A stretch of DNA of 54,059 nucleotides, from positions 1-54,059 of the IMG/VR virus record IMGVR_UViG_3300033150_000652, one strand, 5' to 3'. The DNA is from a virus (taxonomy: Duplodnaviria; Caudoviricetes). Each line of letters opens with the position of its first letter. The stretch's first letter is position 1. A model generated the notes under the pieces. That model saw only the letters and a program-made list of their open reading frames with translations, did no database searches and was not told where the DNA came from. A program made the translations under genes and the position numbers. This document shows positions 27,011 to 36,358 of this stretch, in pieces.

Positions 27011-27321
27011 CAAGCGAGTCGCCGAAAAATGTCGAGCGGACAATAGCCCAAAAGACTGGAGGAACCCGTGTCGGCGTCACGGGAAAGGCAACTCCTGACG
27101 TAGTAAATGATTGGCTTAGTATAGAGGTCAAGAGCCGACAGCGGTTACCGCTCTGGTTGAAAAATGCCATGGCGCAAGCAAAGCGAAACGCAATAGAGGG
27201 CACACTGGCTATTGTGGTGTTACATGAGAAGCGACAGAGATATGATGATGATATTGTGATGATGACGCTCAAGGATTTCAATGATTGGTTTGGGGGAGCA
27301 GATGGAAATCAAAGTACGTAA
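27007..27321 (+). CDS. PD-(D/E)XK nuclease / Holliday junction resolvase-like
   Basis: ER.IA...GG.R...PDV....SIEVK...A..QA. Confidence 0.75.
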   Translation: MTSESPKNVERTIAQKTGGTRVGVTGKATPDVVNDWLSIEVKSRQRLPLWLKNAMAQAKRNAIEGTLAIVVLHEKRQRYDDDIVMMTLKDFNDWFGGADGNQST

Positions 27322-27505
27322 GGAATGCAAAGTCTGTAAAGCGATAGAAGAACACCTCGGCGAAGTGGAAACGGAATGTTCCGCCTGCCACGGCGAGCGG
27401 GTAGTCGAAGCATGGATACCGCTGGATGATTTGATAGCATATGCACTTGCACGATTGCGAGTTATACAGAAGATGGAGAACGATGAATGCCCAAGCCACG
27501 AGTAA
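27302..27505 (+). CDS. Small zinc-binding protein
   Basis: CKVC...CSACHG; SD GGGAG. Confidence 0.55.
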   Translation: MEIKVRKECKVCKAIEEHLGEVETECSACHGERVVEAWIPLDDLIAYALARLRVIQKMENDECPSHE

Positions 27506-28314
27506 TTGACCCTGCATTTTTTGACGATTTGGACATAGCAAGCCTTACCCGTGATGAACGGTTACTTATTACGGGCATGATAGCCAAATGCGCTGATGAC
27601 TATGGACGGTTACGAGCACACCCAAAGTATCTTCGCAAAGAGGTATTTGGCTACGATGAAGACATCACAGCCGAGGACGTAGCCATAATGCGGGAACACA
27701 TTATCGCACATTGGAAGAATATTTTGCTCTATACTGTCAATGGAGAAGAGTATTTTTATATCAAAAATTGGGACAAATTTCAGAAAATTCGTTACCGAGT
27801 TCCCAGTAAACTTCCGCCACCCCCTAGCGAACTCCCACAAAAATCAGAAGATGATTATTCAGAACCCGCGGGAGATTCTGCACAACTTTCGCGCGAAATT
27901 AGCGACAATTTTGCGGAAAATTCGCACCAATTTAGCGCTAAAGTTACGCCAAATTCCCCTAGAGTAGTGTTGAGTAGTGTAGAGAAGAGTAGTCGTAGTG
28001 TAGAGTTAAACACACAAAACGACGACAACCACAACAAATCACCACCTCTTGATGACATAACGATGAGCGTTTCAAGAGAATGGGCTAAAGCACGTGGGGG
28101 ATTAGTCAACTCCCTTGATGCCGAGATGCTTGAGGAACTTGAGCAAGAGTATGGCCCGCAATGGGTGCTGGACGCCATTCGAGAGGCGAATAAATCACGC
28201 ACACGGGGAAGGGCCATCAACCTGAAATTCGTGGAAAGTATCCTGCAACGCTGGAAACAAGAGGGCAAAGATAGCCAATTCCGACCTGCGGGGAAAATCA
28301 AATGGCTGAAGTAG
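27487..28314 (+). CDS. Replication initiator with DnaD-like C-terminal domain
   Basis: R.I.P.FF.D...ADDYGR N-terminus; NLKFVESIL.RW..EG C-terminus; upstream of dnaB. Confidence 0.8.
   Translation: MPKPRVIDPAFFDDLDIASLTRDERLLITGMIAKCADDYGRLRAHPKYLRKEVFGYDEDITAEDVAIMREHIIAHWKNILLYTVNGEEYFYIKNWDKFQKIRYRVPSKLPPPPSELPQKSEDDYSEPAGDSAQLSREISDNFAENSHQFSAKVTPNSPRVVLSSVEKSSRSVELNTQNDDNHNKSPPLDDITMSVSREWAKARGGLVNSLDAEMLEELEQEYGPQWVLDAIREANKSRTRGRAINLKFVESILQRWKQEGKDSQFRPAGKIKWLK
27883..28005. repeat. Putative replication origin (iterons inside the initiator gene)
   Basis: Imperfect palindromes at 27883, 27906 and 27928 (~22-bp period), then GAGTAGTGT repeats. Confidence 0.55.
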
Positions 28315-29606
28315 GTTCACCGCTGAAAAATTTAGAGATTGAGCAGGCGCTGTTGGGTTCGCTCCTCATTGACGGCAGTCGTATCTTCGAGGTCTGCACT
28401 GTCATAGAGCCTGACGACTTTGCCTCGTCTACCCACAGCACTATCTATAGCGCTATGCTGGATATTGCTCATGCGGGGAAGGAGATAGACTTGCTAGTCC
28501 TTTCGGACGAGTTGGAGCGTCAGGGGAAACTAGCCAAACTAGGGCATAAAAATATCCACGGCGCGGCCTATATCTCCTGGTTACCAACGGTTACTCCCAC
28601 GTCCGTTCATGCTGTACACTATGCCAAGACGGTGCGGGATTATGCTCTCCGTCGGCGATTGCTCAACGTGGCTCAGAAGATTGTTACCGCTAGCCACGAT
28701 AGCGATTCGGGGGAGCAGGCATTAACTCAAGCGCTCACCTGGCTCAATGCCGTTAACCAACACGCCACGGTTAAATTACAGCCCATCTCAGAGGCGGTGG
28801 ATGAGTTTACCGTCAGGCTTACAGACTGGCTAGAGAGACCCCGTGAAGTATGGGGTCTCTCCACGGGCCTCAAAGACTTGGATGAGTTGACAGGGGGATT
28901 GGAGCAGGGAGAATTCGTCATTATCGCTGGTCGTCCTGGGATGGGCAAATCCAGTCTGGCTCTTCAGATCGCACGCCATGTGGCAGAAGAGGGACATGGT
29001 GTGGTATTCTTCAGTTTGGAGATGAGCATAAACCAACTGATGATGCGCCTCACCTGTTCTGGGGCTAAAGTAGATAGTGGGCTGGTTAGGCGAGGCAAAT
29101 TGAGTGAATACCAACGGGAGAAATTGTGGGATGAACTGCTTGAGATTCAACGATTACCTCTTTGGTGGTGTTGCCATTCCAATATCACGACGAGAGAAGC
29201 CACAAACGAAGTGGCACGACTACAAACGCAACATGATATAGCGCTGGTGATATTTGATTATATCCAGTTGGCACGGGCCAAAGGTGAAAGCCAGAACATC
29301 AGAGTTAGCAAGATTAGCCAGGGACTTAAGCACCTAGCAGTTACTCTGAACGTGTGTGTAGTTGGCGTGTCCCAATTGAGCCGTGCTATCGAGTCGCGGT
29401 TAGACCCAGAACCGAGACTATCGGATTTGAGAGATAGCGGCTCACTGGAACAGGATGCGGATAAGGTGATATTCCTACACCGCAACAAAGATGACAAAAC
29501 CGTACAGGTGATATTGGCGAAAAACAGGAATGGGGCAGCAAATATTGGGTTGAGGCAATTGGTGTTCTTACCAGAGTACACAATGTTTGGGGAGATTATG
29601 AAATGA
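28302..29606 (+). CDS. dnaB: Replicative DNA helicase
   Basis: AGRPGMGKS, FSLEMS, DYIQL, SQLSR, DLRDSGSLEQDAD, KNRNG. Confidence 0.97.
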   Translation: MAEVGSPLKNLEIEQALLGSLLIDGSRIFEVCTVIEPDDFASSTHSTIYSAMLDIAHAGKEIDLLVLSDELERQGKLAKLGHKNIHGAAYISWLPTVTPTSVHAVHYAKTVRDYALRRRLLNVAQKIVTASHDSDSGEQALTQALTWLNAVNQHATVKLQPISEAVDEFTVRLTDWLERPREVWGLSTGLKDLDELTGGLEQGEFVIIAGRPGMGKSSLALQIARHVAEEGHGVVFFSLEMSINQLMMRLTCSGAKVDSGLVRRGKLSEYQREKLWDELLEIQRLPLWWCCHSNITTREATNEVARLQTQHDIALVIFDYIQLARAKGESQNIRVSKISQGLKHLAVTLNVCVVGVSQLSRAIESRLDPEPRLSDLRDSGSLEQDADKVIFLHRNKDDKTVQVILAKNRNGAANIGLRQLVFLPEYTMFGEIMK

Positions 29607-29824
29607 ATAATTATACAGTACCCATGAGAAAATGGCTTTATATCATGCTCTGGACTATTGCATTATGTTTTGAGGCTATTGCGCGGCGGGTAGTCATATT
29701 CCTCAAATCGTGGGGGACATTTCCAGGGGAGATTAAAGATATTCACAAAATTGTAATATGGAGGTGGGAATATAAAGAGAATGAGGAAAGAATGAGAAAA
29801 GAAATTGTGGGGAAAAAACGATAA
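29603..29824 (+). CDS. WxWEY-family small membrane protein 1
   Basis: Hydrophobic segment followed by IWRWEY. Confidence 0.6.
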   Translation: MNNYTVPMRKWLYIMLWTIALCFEAIARRVVIFLKSWGTFPGEIKDIHKIVIWRWEYKENEERMRKEIVGKKR

Positions 29825-29852
29825 GAGCATACAAGTTTGGGGAGGTGGCGAG

Positions 29853-30053
29853 ATGAATAACGAGGAGTTGGCCAAAAGATTATTCCATGCACCTAAGGAC
29901 AAGTGTAAGTATTGCGACGCTAAACTTCAATGGGAATTCAGCATGGAAGACGGGGATGGAAAGTGGTATAGAAAACTGTGCCCGCAATGTGGCTGGGTTT
30001 ATGAGGTGGCATGTGTTTTGAGGGAGGCTTCTCGCAATGAGGGGGCAATATGA
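29853..30053 (+). CDS. Zinc-ribbon protein
   Basis: CKYC...CPQCG; SD GGAGG. Confidence 0.6.
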   Translation: MNNEELAKRLFHAPKDKCKYCDAKLQWEFSMEDGDGKWYRKLCPQCGWVYEVACVLREASRNEGAI

Positions 30054-30226
30054 GAAGGTGGCTTTTCATAGCACGCTGGATGGTAGTGTGGGCGGTTAGT
30101 TGTATTGTGAATCAAATACGCATCATCATTAAGATGTGTCTAAAACTCCCTCGCGATATTCTAGACGGATATTATCTTGCGCAGTGGGAATGGGAATATA
30201 TTAACAGAAAAGAGGTAAGTACATAA
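30050..30226 (+). CDS. WxWEY-family small membrane protein 2 (58 aa, not in ORF track)
   Basis: MRRWLFIARWMVVWAVSCIV...QWEWEY; ATGA overlap. Confidence 0.6.
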   Translation: MRRWLFIARWMVVWAVSCIVNQIRIIIKMCLKLPRDILDGYYLAQWEWEYINRKEVST

Positions 30227-30250
30227 TAGGCGCCGAGAAGAGGTGAAAAG

Positions 30251-30628
30251 ATGAAATTTATCGTAGATCGCACGAGTCTGTATGGCAACGAAGATAAACC
30301 ATGCGAGGGGGCATTTCGCGGTAAGGTGCTTTTTGTTGATGAACGCACCGTTGATAACACCTCGAAAATTCCAACATATCGTGGAGAGTCCGAATGGTGG
30401 TATCGGAAAGGTATGAATCATCGTGTTGAGAATGGTTGTATTAAACGTGATTTTGAGAAGGAAGTATGGTTCATTGAGATTGACTCATTGGAAGATTTGA
30501 TGCGCTTTGTTGAAAAGCACGGTCGCATAGTAATTGACTACTGGACCTTCTATGAGAATTTCTTTGTTGATTATAAATTAAAGACGCCATACTTTCGGAT
30601 TGAGATCTATGATGCTTGGCGGGAGTGA
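30251..30628 (+). CDS. Hypothetical phage protein
   Basis: KPCEGA...WFIEIDSLEDL...IEIYD; SD GAGG. Confidence 0.7.
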   Translation: MKFIVDRTSLYGNEDKPCEGAFRGKVLFVDERTVDNTSKIPTYRGESEWWYRKGMNHRVENGCIKRDFEKEVWFIEIDSLEDLMRFVEKHGRIVIDYWTFYENFFVDYKLKTPYFRIEIYDAWRE

Positions 30629-30759
30629 AAACATGATTACTTTTCTGATTGCTTTTGTTGCCTTGATGTTGCTGTTGCTCTACTCGCTGATGTGTACGGC
30701 GGGGCGGGCAAGTCGAAACAAGGATATGTATCTTTATGGATTTGAGAAAGGAGATTAAC

Positions 30760-31161
30760 ATGTCGAAAGTAATATGCGATGTGTGTGGTAAAGAAATTGA
30801 GGAGGAGGATGCCATGATCATTGGGCGTCCTTGGCTGGGATATTCGATATATTGCTCGAAGGCTTGTTCGCAGGCTAATCCAATAATGGCACGGGTAGAT
30901 AGAATAATTGCAGGCGATGATCCAGGGAAAGATACCTTCTGTGGTTCAGTAACTTGTCCTTGTAGTGTTTTAGGTAGGTGCACCGCAACCCCAGAAACCT
31001 TTGGGCAAGCGTGTGAACAGGACGAGGAAAGAGTAAGGCAGGGAGAAAAACCCAAAATGTTGGATCAGTGTTTAATCCTAAGGGGCTGGATGAAACTGGA
31101 CGAATCGGGTCCCTCTTGGCGAAAATTTAACCCTGATGAGGCGGTGAGTTCTACTGCATAG
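30760..31161 (+). CDS. Cys-rich hypothetical protein
   Basis: CDVCGK...YCS..C; SD AAGGAG. Confidence 0.6.
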   Translation: MSKVICDVCGKEIEEEDAMIIGRPWLGYSIYCSKACSQANPIMARVDRIIAGDDPGKDTFCGSVTCPCSVLGRCTATPETFGQACEQDEERVRQGEKPKMLDQCLILRGWMKLDESGPSWRKFNPDEAVSSTA

Positions 31162-31274
31162 GAGGCTTAACGTGAAGTGGCGAGTTGTACTGTTATGCTT
31201 TGCAATATCACTGATGTGTATCCTGTTGCCCCTGGCGGTGATGGTTATCGCTTTGAGCGGAAAGTGAGACCCAA

Positions 31275-31592
31275 ATGAAGAAAACTGAGATAGTCGTAGA
31301 TTGCCCCCTCTGCGCTACATACTGGGAGGCACGGCAACAATTTAATAGAATGTGTGATATTCTGGCTGAGGCCGTGAATTCTAATGACCTCACCGAGGAA
31401 CTGTACAACCAGTGTGTCGAAGCGTTAAAAGAATTCAATAGAGCGGGCAGGGCTATGCTCCGAGAACACCCTCGCTGCGCTGGGTGTACTATCCTGCTAG
31501 GGAAAGGACATGATACGTCCTATGTCAACGTGGGGGGAAAGTTGTTCTGTCTCAATTGCTTTAGAGAAGCCGTGCTCGTAGAGGAGGAATAA
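31275..31592 (+). CDS. Zinc-binding hypothetical protein
   Basis: Three CxxC pairs. Confidence 0.6.
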   Translation: MKKTEIVVDCPLCATYWEARQQFNRMCDILAEAVNSNDLTEELYNQCVEALKEFNRAGRAMLREHPRCAGCTILLGKGHDTSYVNVGGKLFCLNCFREAVLVEEE

Positions 31593-31594
31593 CT

Positions 31595-31933
31595 ATGCGT
31601 GTTGTGGTCTGTCCTTACTACAAAGTCCAAAATAGCCTCTTCTGTGCCTGGTGCCCAGAAGACCCACCTTGTGTAAAATTGGGACTGGACATAGAATGCG
31701 AGGAATGCACGTTGCCCGATTGTCCCTGTATGGAAGAACCAACACCAGAGAGGGAAAAGGCATTCAAGGCATGGCAAGAGAGGCGCAAGAAGTCCACGAA
31801 AAAGCGCAAGAAATCTCCACGGCTTCGTGAATGTGCCAACCCTAACTGTCATAACTTAGTAACCTCATCAAGCAAATCTGGGTTGTGTCGCAGTTGTTCA
31901 CAGATGTTAAGGTTTAATGGGAAATATAAATGA
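31595..31933 (+). CDS. Cys-rich hypothetical protein
   Basis: Multiple CxxC; SD GAGGAGG. Confidence 0.6.
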   Translation: MRVVVCPYYKVQNSLFCAWCPEDPPCVKLGLDIECEECTLPDCPCMEEPTPEREKAFKAWQERRKKSTKKRKKSPRLRECANPNCHNLVTSSSKSGLCRSCSQMLRFNGKYK

Positions 31934-32151
31934 TTGAATGGGATAAAATCAAGGCAGAGATGAAATCCCAAAACACAATTGAGGCCATTCTGCGTTTCGG
32001 TTATGCTCTTGTGTGGGTCATTGTCTGGTCGGCTGAGCACGTTATTAAAACCCTCATCGGCCTGCCCCACCGTTGCTGGGTATGGCTACAACTATATTAC
32101 GTCATAGCGCTCTGGAACTGGGAATATCGTAAGGACAAACGCAATGTATAG
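31930..32151 (+). CDS. WxWEY-family small membrane protein 3
   Basis: Hydrophobic segment followed by LWNWEY. Confidence 0.6.
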   Translation: MIEWDKIKAEMKSQNTIEAILRFGYALVWVIVWSAEHVIKTLIGLPHRCWVWLQLYYVIALWNWEYRKDKRNV

Positions 32152-32746
32152 GGCTTTTGTATTCCTAGTCTTGTTATCCGTCCTGCTCACAGGTTGCACT
32201 GAAGAGACGCCGACCCCTGTTCCCCCTACTCCTACGCCTACCCGAACGCCAGTGCCAACTCATGTGCCAGCGGGAACGGCTATTTCTCCCCTTTGGGTAG
32301 CCTATGTGGATGCTTGGCAACCAGATACGGAACATTGTAATCAGAACCCATCACTGCGCAAAGGAACACAATACACTTTTATGCGGTTTCAGATTCCCTA
32401 CGGACAGTATAGGGCCACATTGCGATTCTGTGTCCGTCATGCCACTAATGAGAGCCCCATCTTCGTTGAGGCCCACGTGCTGAAACAGCTCGTCAGTTGT
32501 CATACTACATGGAACGACTTACCTCCCGATTTCAACGATGATTACCTGGGCGGAGGACTATATGAGCCGTGGTATGCGGGGGGCTGTAGGGTGTATCCGA
32601 CGGGGGAATATTCTTTCCTGCTGGAGGGCGCGATGGAATATTGGCAACAGATAGGTAATTATGGCTTGATATTGCTCGCAAGGGATTGTGAGGGGGATGT
32701 AAGCGTGGGCTATAGGCTTGATGGCTTTGAGTTAATCTTAGAATGA
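32144..32746 (+). CDS. Lipoprotein with PT linker and DNRLRE-like domain
   Basis: Lipobox LTGC; PTPTPT; AYVDAWQPD, ATLR, TWN and NYGLIL segments. Confidence 0.65.
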   Translation: MYRAFVFLVLLSVLLTGCTEETPTPVPPTPTPTRTPVPTHVPAGTAISPLWVAYVDAWQPDTEHCNQNPSLRKGTQYTFMRFQIPYGQYRATLRFCVRHATNESPIFVEAHVLKQLVSCHTTWNDLPPDFNDDYLGGGLYEPWYAGGCRVYPTGEYSFLLEGAMEYWQQIGNYGLILLARDCEGDVSVGYRLDGFELILE

Positions 32747-33441
32747 ATGAAAAATCAGCACAGTTAAGATTAGGCCCATATCTATTGGGTCCCAATGATA
32801 CTCCTCAAAATGGTATAATTACAGGAGATGCCCGCCAATTGGCATTGGATATCCCCGATGAATCTGTTGACTTAATTCTGTGCGATCCCATCTATCAGAA
32901 TTTTGAGGACTACGCATGGTTAGTGGAAATCGGAGAGCGGATTTTAGTGGAAGGGGGTAATCTTATCGCTCAATGCGGGCATGAACATCTTCCTAAAATT
33001 TTGCAAATAATGACCTCAGGGAAATTGCAATACGTGTGGGTATTAGCCGAACATTTATATGGGACAAATGCCTCGATATATTCTAAAAGAATTGTGGTGA
33101 AATGGAAGCCATTCGTATGGGTTGCTAAGGGCAACCGAATGGGCGATTGGGTTTTTGATATGTTGCTGGGAGGCGGACACGATAAATCATCCCACAAGTG
33201 GCAAGATTCCCCTAGAATATTTATGCAACTTATCCAGCGCTTGGTTCCTGTTGATGGTGTGGTTTTTGATCCCTTTGTGGGTTCGGGGACGGTGCCCCTT
33301 GCATGTAAAATGATGGGGCGACATTATTTGGGATTTGAAATTGAGCCCGATATGGCCCAGACAGCCCGTGAGCGAATCTGTCAAGCAAATCCCCCCCTTT
33401 TTGTTATAGATTATGAACAATTAAAGATAATACCTGAATGA
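32743..33441 (+). CDS. N4-cytosine/N6-adenine DNA methyltransferase (beta class)
   Basis: VDLILCDPIY (DPPY-like) followed by VFDPFVGSGT and GFEI. Confidence 0.88.
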   Translation: MNEKSAQLRLGPYLLGPNDTPQNGIITGDARQLALDIPDESVDLILCDPIYQNFEDYAWLVEIGERILVEGGNLIAQCGHEHLPKILQIMTSGKLQYVWVLAEHLYGTNASIYSKRIVVKWKPFVWVAKGNRMGDWVFDMLLGGGHDKSSHKWQDSPRIFMQLIQRLVPVDGVVFDPFVGSGTVPLACKMMGRHYLGFEIEPDMAQTARERICQANPPLFVIDYEQLKIIPE

Positions 33442-33459
33442 ATAGAATAGGAGGATAAA

Positions 33460-33711
33460 ATGGGTACAGCATATTTTCTCATAGACCATGAAATACTCCA
33501 AAGGGTAATGCGGTTTCCTTTAGGTGTGAGAATCGTTGGTATTTCGCTCCCCCCATCGAGACCAGACGCGATTATAATTTATATAGAGCACCCAGATTTG
33601 CCCCACGTAAAGGAGGGGGAAATGATCCCTTGCCTTGAGCCTAGCGTTACCCTTACGCCGTCTAACACAATTTGGCATTGGGGAATAGATAATGAGAAGG
33701 GGGAAGAGTGA
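33460..33711 (+). CDS. Hypothetical protein
   Basis: SD AGGAGG. Confidence 0.65.
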   Translation: MGTAYFLIDHEILQRVMRFPLGVRIVGISLPPSRPDAIIIYIEHPDLPHVKEGEMIPCLEPSVTLTPSNTIWHWGIDNEKGEE

Positions 33712-33870
33712 AAAGAAAGCCCTGTTCAGGTTGCGGTAATCCTATCCACGAGGAGAACTATATCAGCATAGAAGTTTACTTCGGCGAGGATTCGGCGACG
33801 TTGCTTTTCCATGGTTGGGAATGTGTGAAGAAATGGATGGAAGGTAGGAAATTGCTAAAGGAGAAGGAAA

Positions 33871-34254
33871 ATGGCAAATAATAGGATTTGGTTGGTACAT
33901 AGGGAAACTGGTTTAGCGATAATGCTAGGCAAACACATGGGAATAGGCTGGTACAGAGCACCAAAGAGAAAAAGACTCCAAAAGTATTACGACTATCTTG
34001 ATGAGATTACAGACAATCCAGAGGATTTGATTCTAGTCATTGAAGATGCGACCTACGCTCCCTGTTTAACAGACAAGTGGAAGTACGGTGATAAGGTCAA
34101 TGGTTTCCATACCATCATCTTGCTAGATGAAGAATTGAAGGGAAAGAAATCGCGTCCACGAAAATGGGGCAGGAGAAGACTCTGGCTCAAGCGCTTAAAA
34201 AGAGCACTCAAATCATGTCAAGAGCGACTTGAGGGAGAAACAATAACTGACTAG
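33871..34254 (+). CDS. Hypothetical protein
   Basis: SD AAGGAG; last plus-strand gene. Confidence 0.65.
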   Translation: MANNRIWLVHRETGLAIMLGKHMGIGWYRAPKRKRLQKYYDYLDEITDNPEDLILVIEDATYAPCLTDKWKYGDKVNGFHTIILLDEELKGKKSRPRKWGRRRLWLKRLKRALKSCQERLEGETITD

Positions 34255-34292
34255 GTATAGAGGCTATAAGTTAGTGGTGAAACTCTATTGAT

Positions 34293-34326
34293 AAAGAAAA
34301 CCCAGGGTTGACGTATCAACCCTGGG
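34293..34326 (-). terminator. Intrinsic terminator of the late transcript
   Basis: 11-bp stem CCCAGGGTTGA/TCAACCCTGGG followed by a U-rich tract on the minus strand. Confidence 0.8.
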
Positions 34327-34450
34327 GCCTTAATATAAACCCACCCTTGCATGGCAAAAGTGGGGCCTTGATTCAATAGTGAACCCCACGGGCCCCAGGT
34401 GGCGGGGAGGCGATTCCACAAGGAGCCCGCGGGCGTCCACTTCAAGATGG

Positions 34451-34765
34451 TTATTTAAGCCCTAGGTATTCCTTGGCAAAGTTATGGACGTAGTTAGCCC
34501 CCCTGCCAATAGCCAGTCCAGTTATAACAACGCCTACCCAGGGCGGATTGGCAATTGCCCCTAACATGGCGCGGAGTAAATCCAGATTGTAGACGAAAGC
34601 CAAGACTAACCCCACACCTGCCCCAATGTATTTCAACGGTTGGGCCTTCTCCACTTCTGGGTGTTTCTCTTTCAACCAATCAATCCACGAGGCGAAGAGA
34701 TACTCCGTCATACTCTCCGCGATGAAGGCTAATGCCAATGCCACTAAATACGGTACGAAATTCAT
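34451..34765 (-). CDS. Holin-like membrane protein
   Basis: Three hydrophobic segments; G..ITGL.IGRGANYVH. Confidence 0.65.
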   Translation of the reverse strand: MNFVPYLVALALAFIAESMTEYLFASWIDWLKEKHPEVEKAQPLKYIGAGVGLVLAFVYNLDLLRAMLGAIANPPWVGVVITGLAIGRGANYVHNFAKEYLGLK

Positions 34766-34778
34766 GTTTTACCTCCCT

Positions 34779-35573
34779 TTATTGTATAAATTTTACCTGT
34801 TTCTTATCTGGCTCAATCAAAATCTCTATTGGGCCGACTGGTAATGGTCTCATCCCTGCCCGTTCTGCATAGGCTGGTTGGTCGAGGAAAGACCCACAAC
34901 TAGCCGCGTAGCAATTCTTTGTCCGTACTCCATACCTAGTACAATACAATTTGCTCATTCCTATTACTCGCTTGCGGTGGTCATGCCCCGCCAACACGAT
35001 GTCGGCCTCTACCCACCCCAGTATGCGCTCCAGGTTTAATGCACCCGCTCCCATTAAGCGCCCTCCCCACCAGCCATGCGTTAGGAAAAAGGTGAGAACG
35101 AAGGCACTGTTACCCAACCTTTTGAACGTGAGCCGTAAGAATCCCGATGGGCCTACAAGTTTTGGCTCACCCTTATCGCATAGATTTTCTATGATGCTAC
35201 TATATACATCCCGCTCCCAATGGTCATATATCGCTCGCTCATGATTACCCTCCACTGAGGCTAGGATTTTGGGGCCAATGGGCTTCAGTATCTCAATCAA
35301 ATGTGCTCGCTGTGCTTTGGCTAAATCCCCCTTTCCCCAGAGCCAATTGGGTAAATCCTCTGGATCGAAACGCCTATCCTTCCTGTTAATGAATTCACAC
35401 ATATCGCCAAGCAAGATAGTGTAACATTTGTCATCATGCGCTATATCATCCACTACCCTCTTAAATAACTTCTCATCACATGCTTTATTGCCCAAATGAA
35501 TATCTGACAGTGGTACAATACGAAACACATCCGAACGTGAAGTATATTCAATTGTATGGGAAATCAACCGCAT
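34779..35573 (-). CDS. Calcineurin-like metallophosphoesterase
   Basis: SDIHLG, GD, GNHE, HG and GHDH motifs. Confidence 0.88.
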   Translation of the reverse strand: MRLISHTIEYTSRSDVFRIVPLSDIHLGNKACDEKLFKRVVDDIAHDDKCYTILLGDMCEFINRKDRRFDPEDLPNWLWGKGDLAKAQRAHLIEILKPIGPKILASVEGNHERAIYDHWERDVYSSIIENLCDKGEPKLVGPSGFLRLTFKRLGNSAFVLTFFLTHGWWGGRLMGAGALNLERILGWVEADIVLAGHDHRKRVIGMSKLYCTRYGVRTKNCYAASCGSFLDQPAYAERAGMRPLPVGPIEILIEPDKKQVKFIQ

Positions 35574-35582
35574 GTTTTCTCC

Positions 35583-35888
35583 TTACTGGAATAGTTGCAC
35601 CAAAAGTTTCAACCCCTCCACTAAGCCAGCCCCCACTGCCCCTACACTGAGCATTTTGGCTATAGTTATTCGGTTGTCAGTTATTTGCTGTTTCACCTCC
35701 TTTAACTCGTTGTGGTTCTCATTTGCCCGTGCTATGACTTCCCGATATGGGCAGGTGTCGTGCATCTGGGATACTAACGTGGTTAACTCCGCCACTGCCT
35801 CCCTAGTGCTCGCCGTAATCCTGGTGAGTTCTTTGACGTCCGATTTGATTTCCTGAATATCCTGCGCATACGGCGAAGTCATAAGCAC
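35583..35888 (-). CDS. Coiled-coil protein with C-terminal TM segment
   Basis: Heptads plus a hydrophobic tail, in the lysis-region position. Confidence 0.6.
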   Translation of the reverse strand: MLMTSPYAQDIQEIKSDVKELTRITASTREAVAELTTLVSQMHDTCPYREVIARANENHNELKEVKQQITDNRITIAKMLSVGAVGAGLVEGLKLLVQLFQ

Positions 35889-35892
35889 CTCC

Positions 35893-36357
35893 CTACGTCA
35901 TCTTTCTTAATACCACTAACAGACTAGACATCTGTATCGTATTGGCCCTGTCCAGTATCTCCCACTTGTAAGGCGTATAATATGAATACTCTTTCCCCAA
36001 CTCCGTGCTGGGGTCGAAGAAATCAAACGTTTTGGGGTCAAACCGCCACCTATGTGTGGGGTCGGCATAGGCGTTCTCATGCTTCCAATAGGGGACGGCA
36101 ACCTTGAGAATTCCCTTCGGCTTGAGAATTCGCCAGCATTCGTTAAAGGATTCCACCAGCGTTATCTCCAAATGCTCAAACACAGATGAGGCGATTATCA
36201 TATCAAATTCTTCATCAGGCCAGGGCCAGGGGATATAATTCAAATCCCATGCCACATCTATCTCTGGGCGATGCTTTCTCAAATCATGGTTAACCACTTG
36301 AACGTCATCGCCCTTGTATATCCTATCGCCCGCCCCTAGATTCAAGACTTTTTTCAC
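35893..36357 (-). CDS. Class I SAM-dependent methyltransferase
   Basis: LNLGAG, DLN..PWP, EHL, RILKP.G, DPTH. Confidence 0.85.
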   Translation of the reverse strand: MKKVLNLGAGDRIYKGDDVQVVNHDLRKHRPEIDVAWDLNYIPWPWPDEEFDMIIASSVFEHLEITLVESFNECWRILKPKGILKVAVPYWKHENAYADPTHRWRFDPKTFDFFDPSTELGKEYSYYTPYKWEILDRANTIQMSSLLVVLRKMT

Positions 36358-36358
36358 T

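Noticed and set aside
34395-34425. tRNA 3' end or attP-like sequence
   Set aside because: No cloverleaf or proper T-loop, and no integrase in the genome
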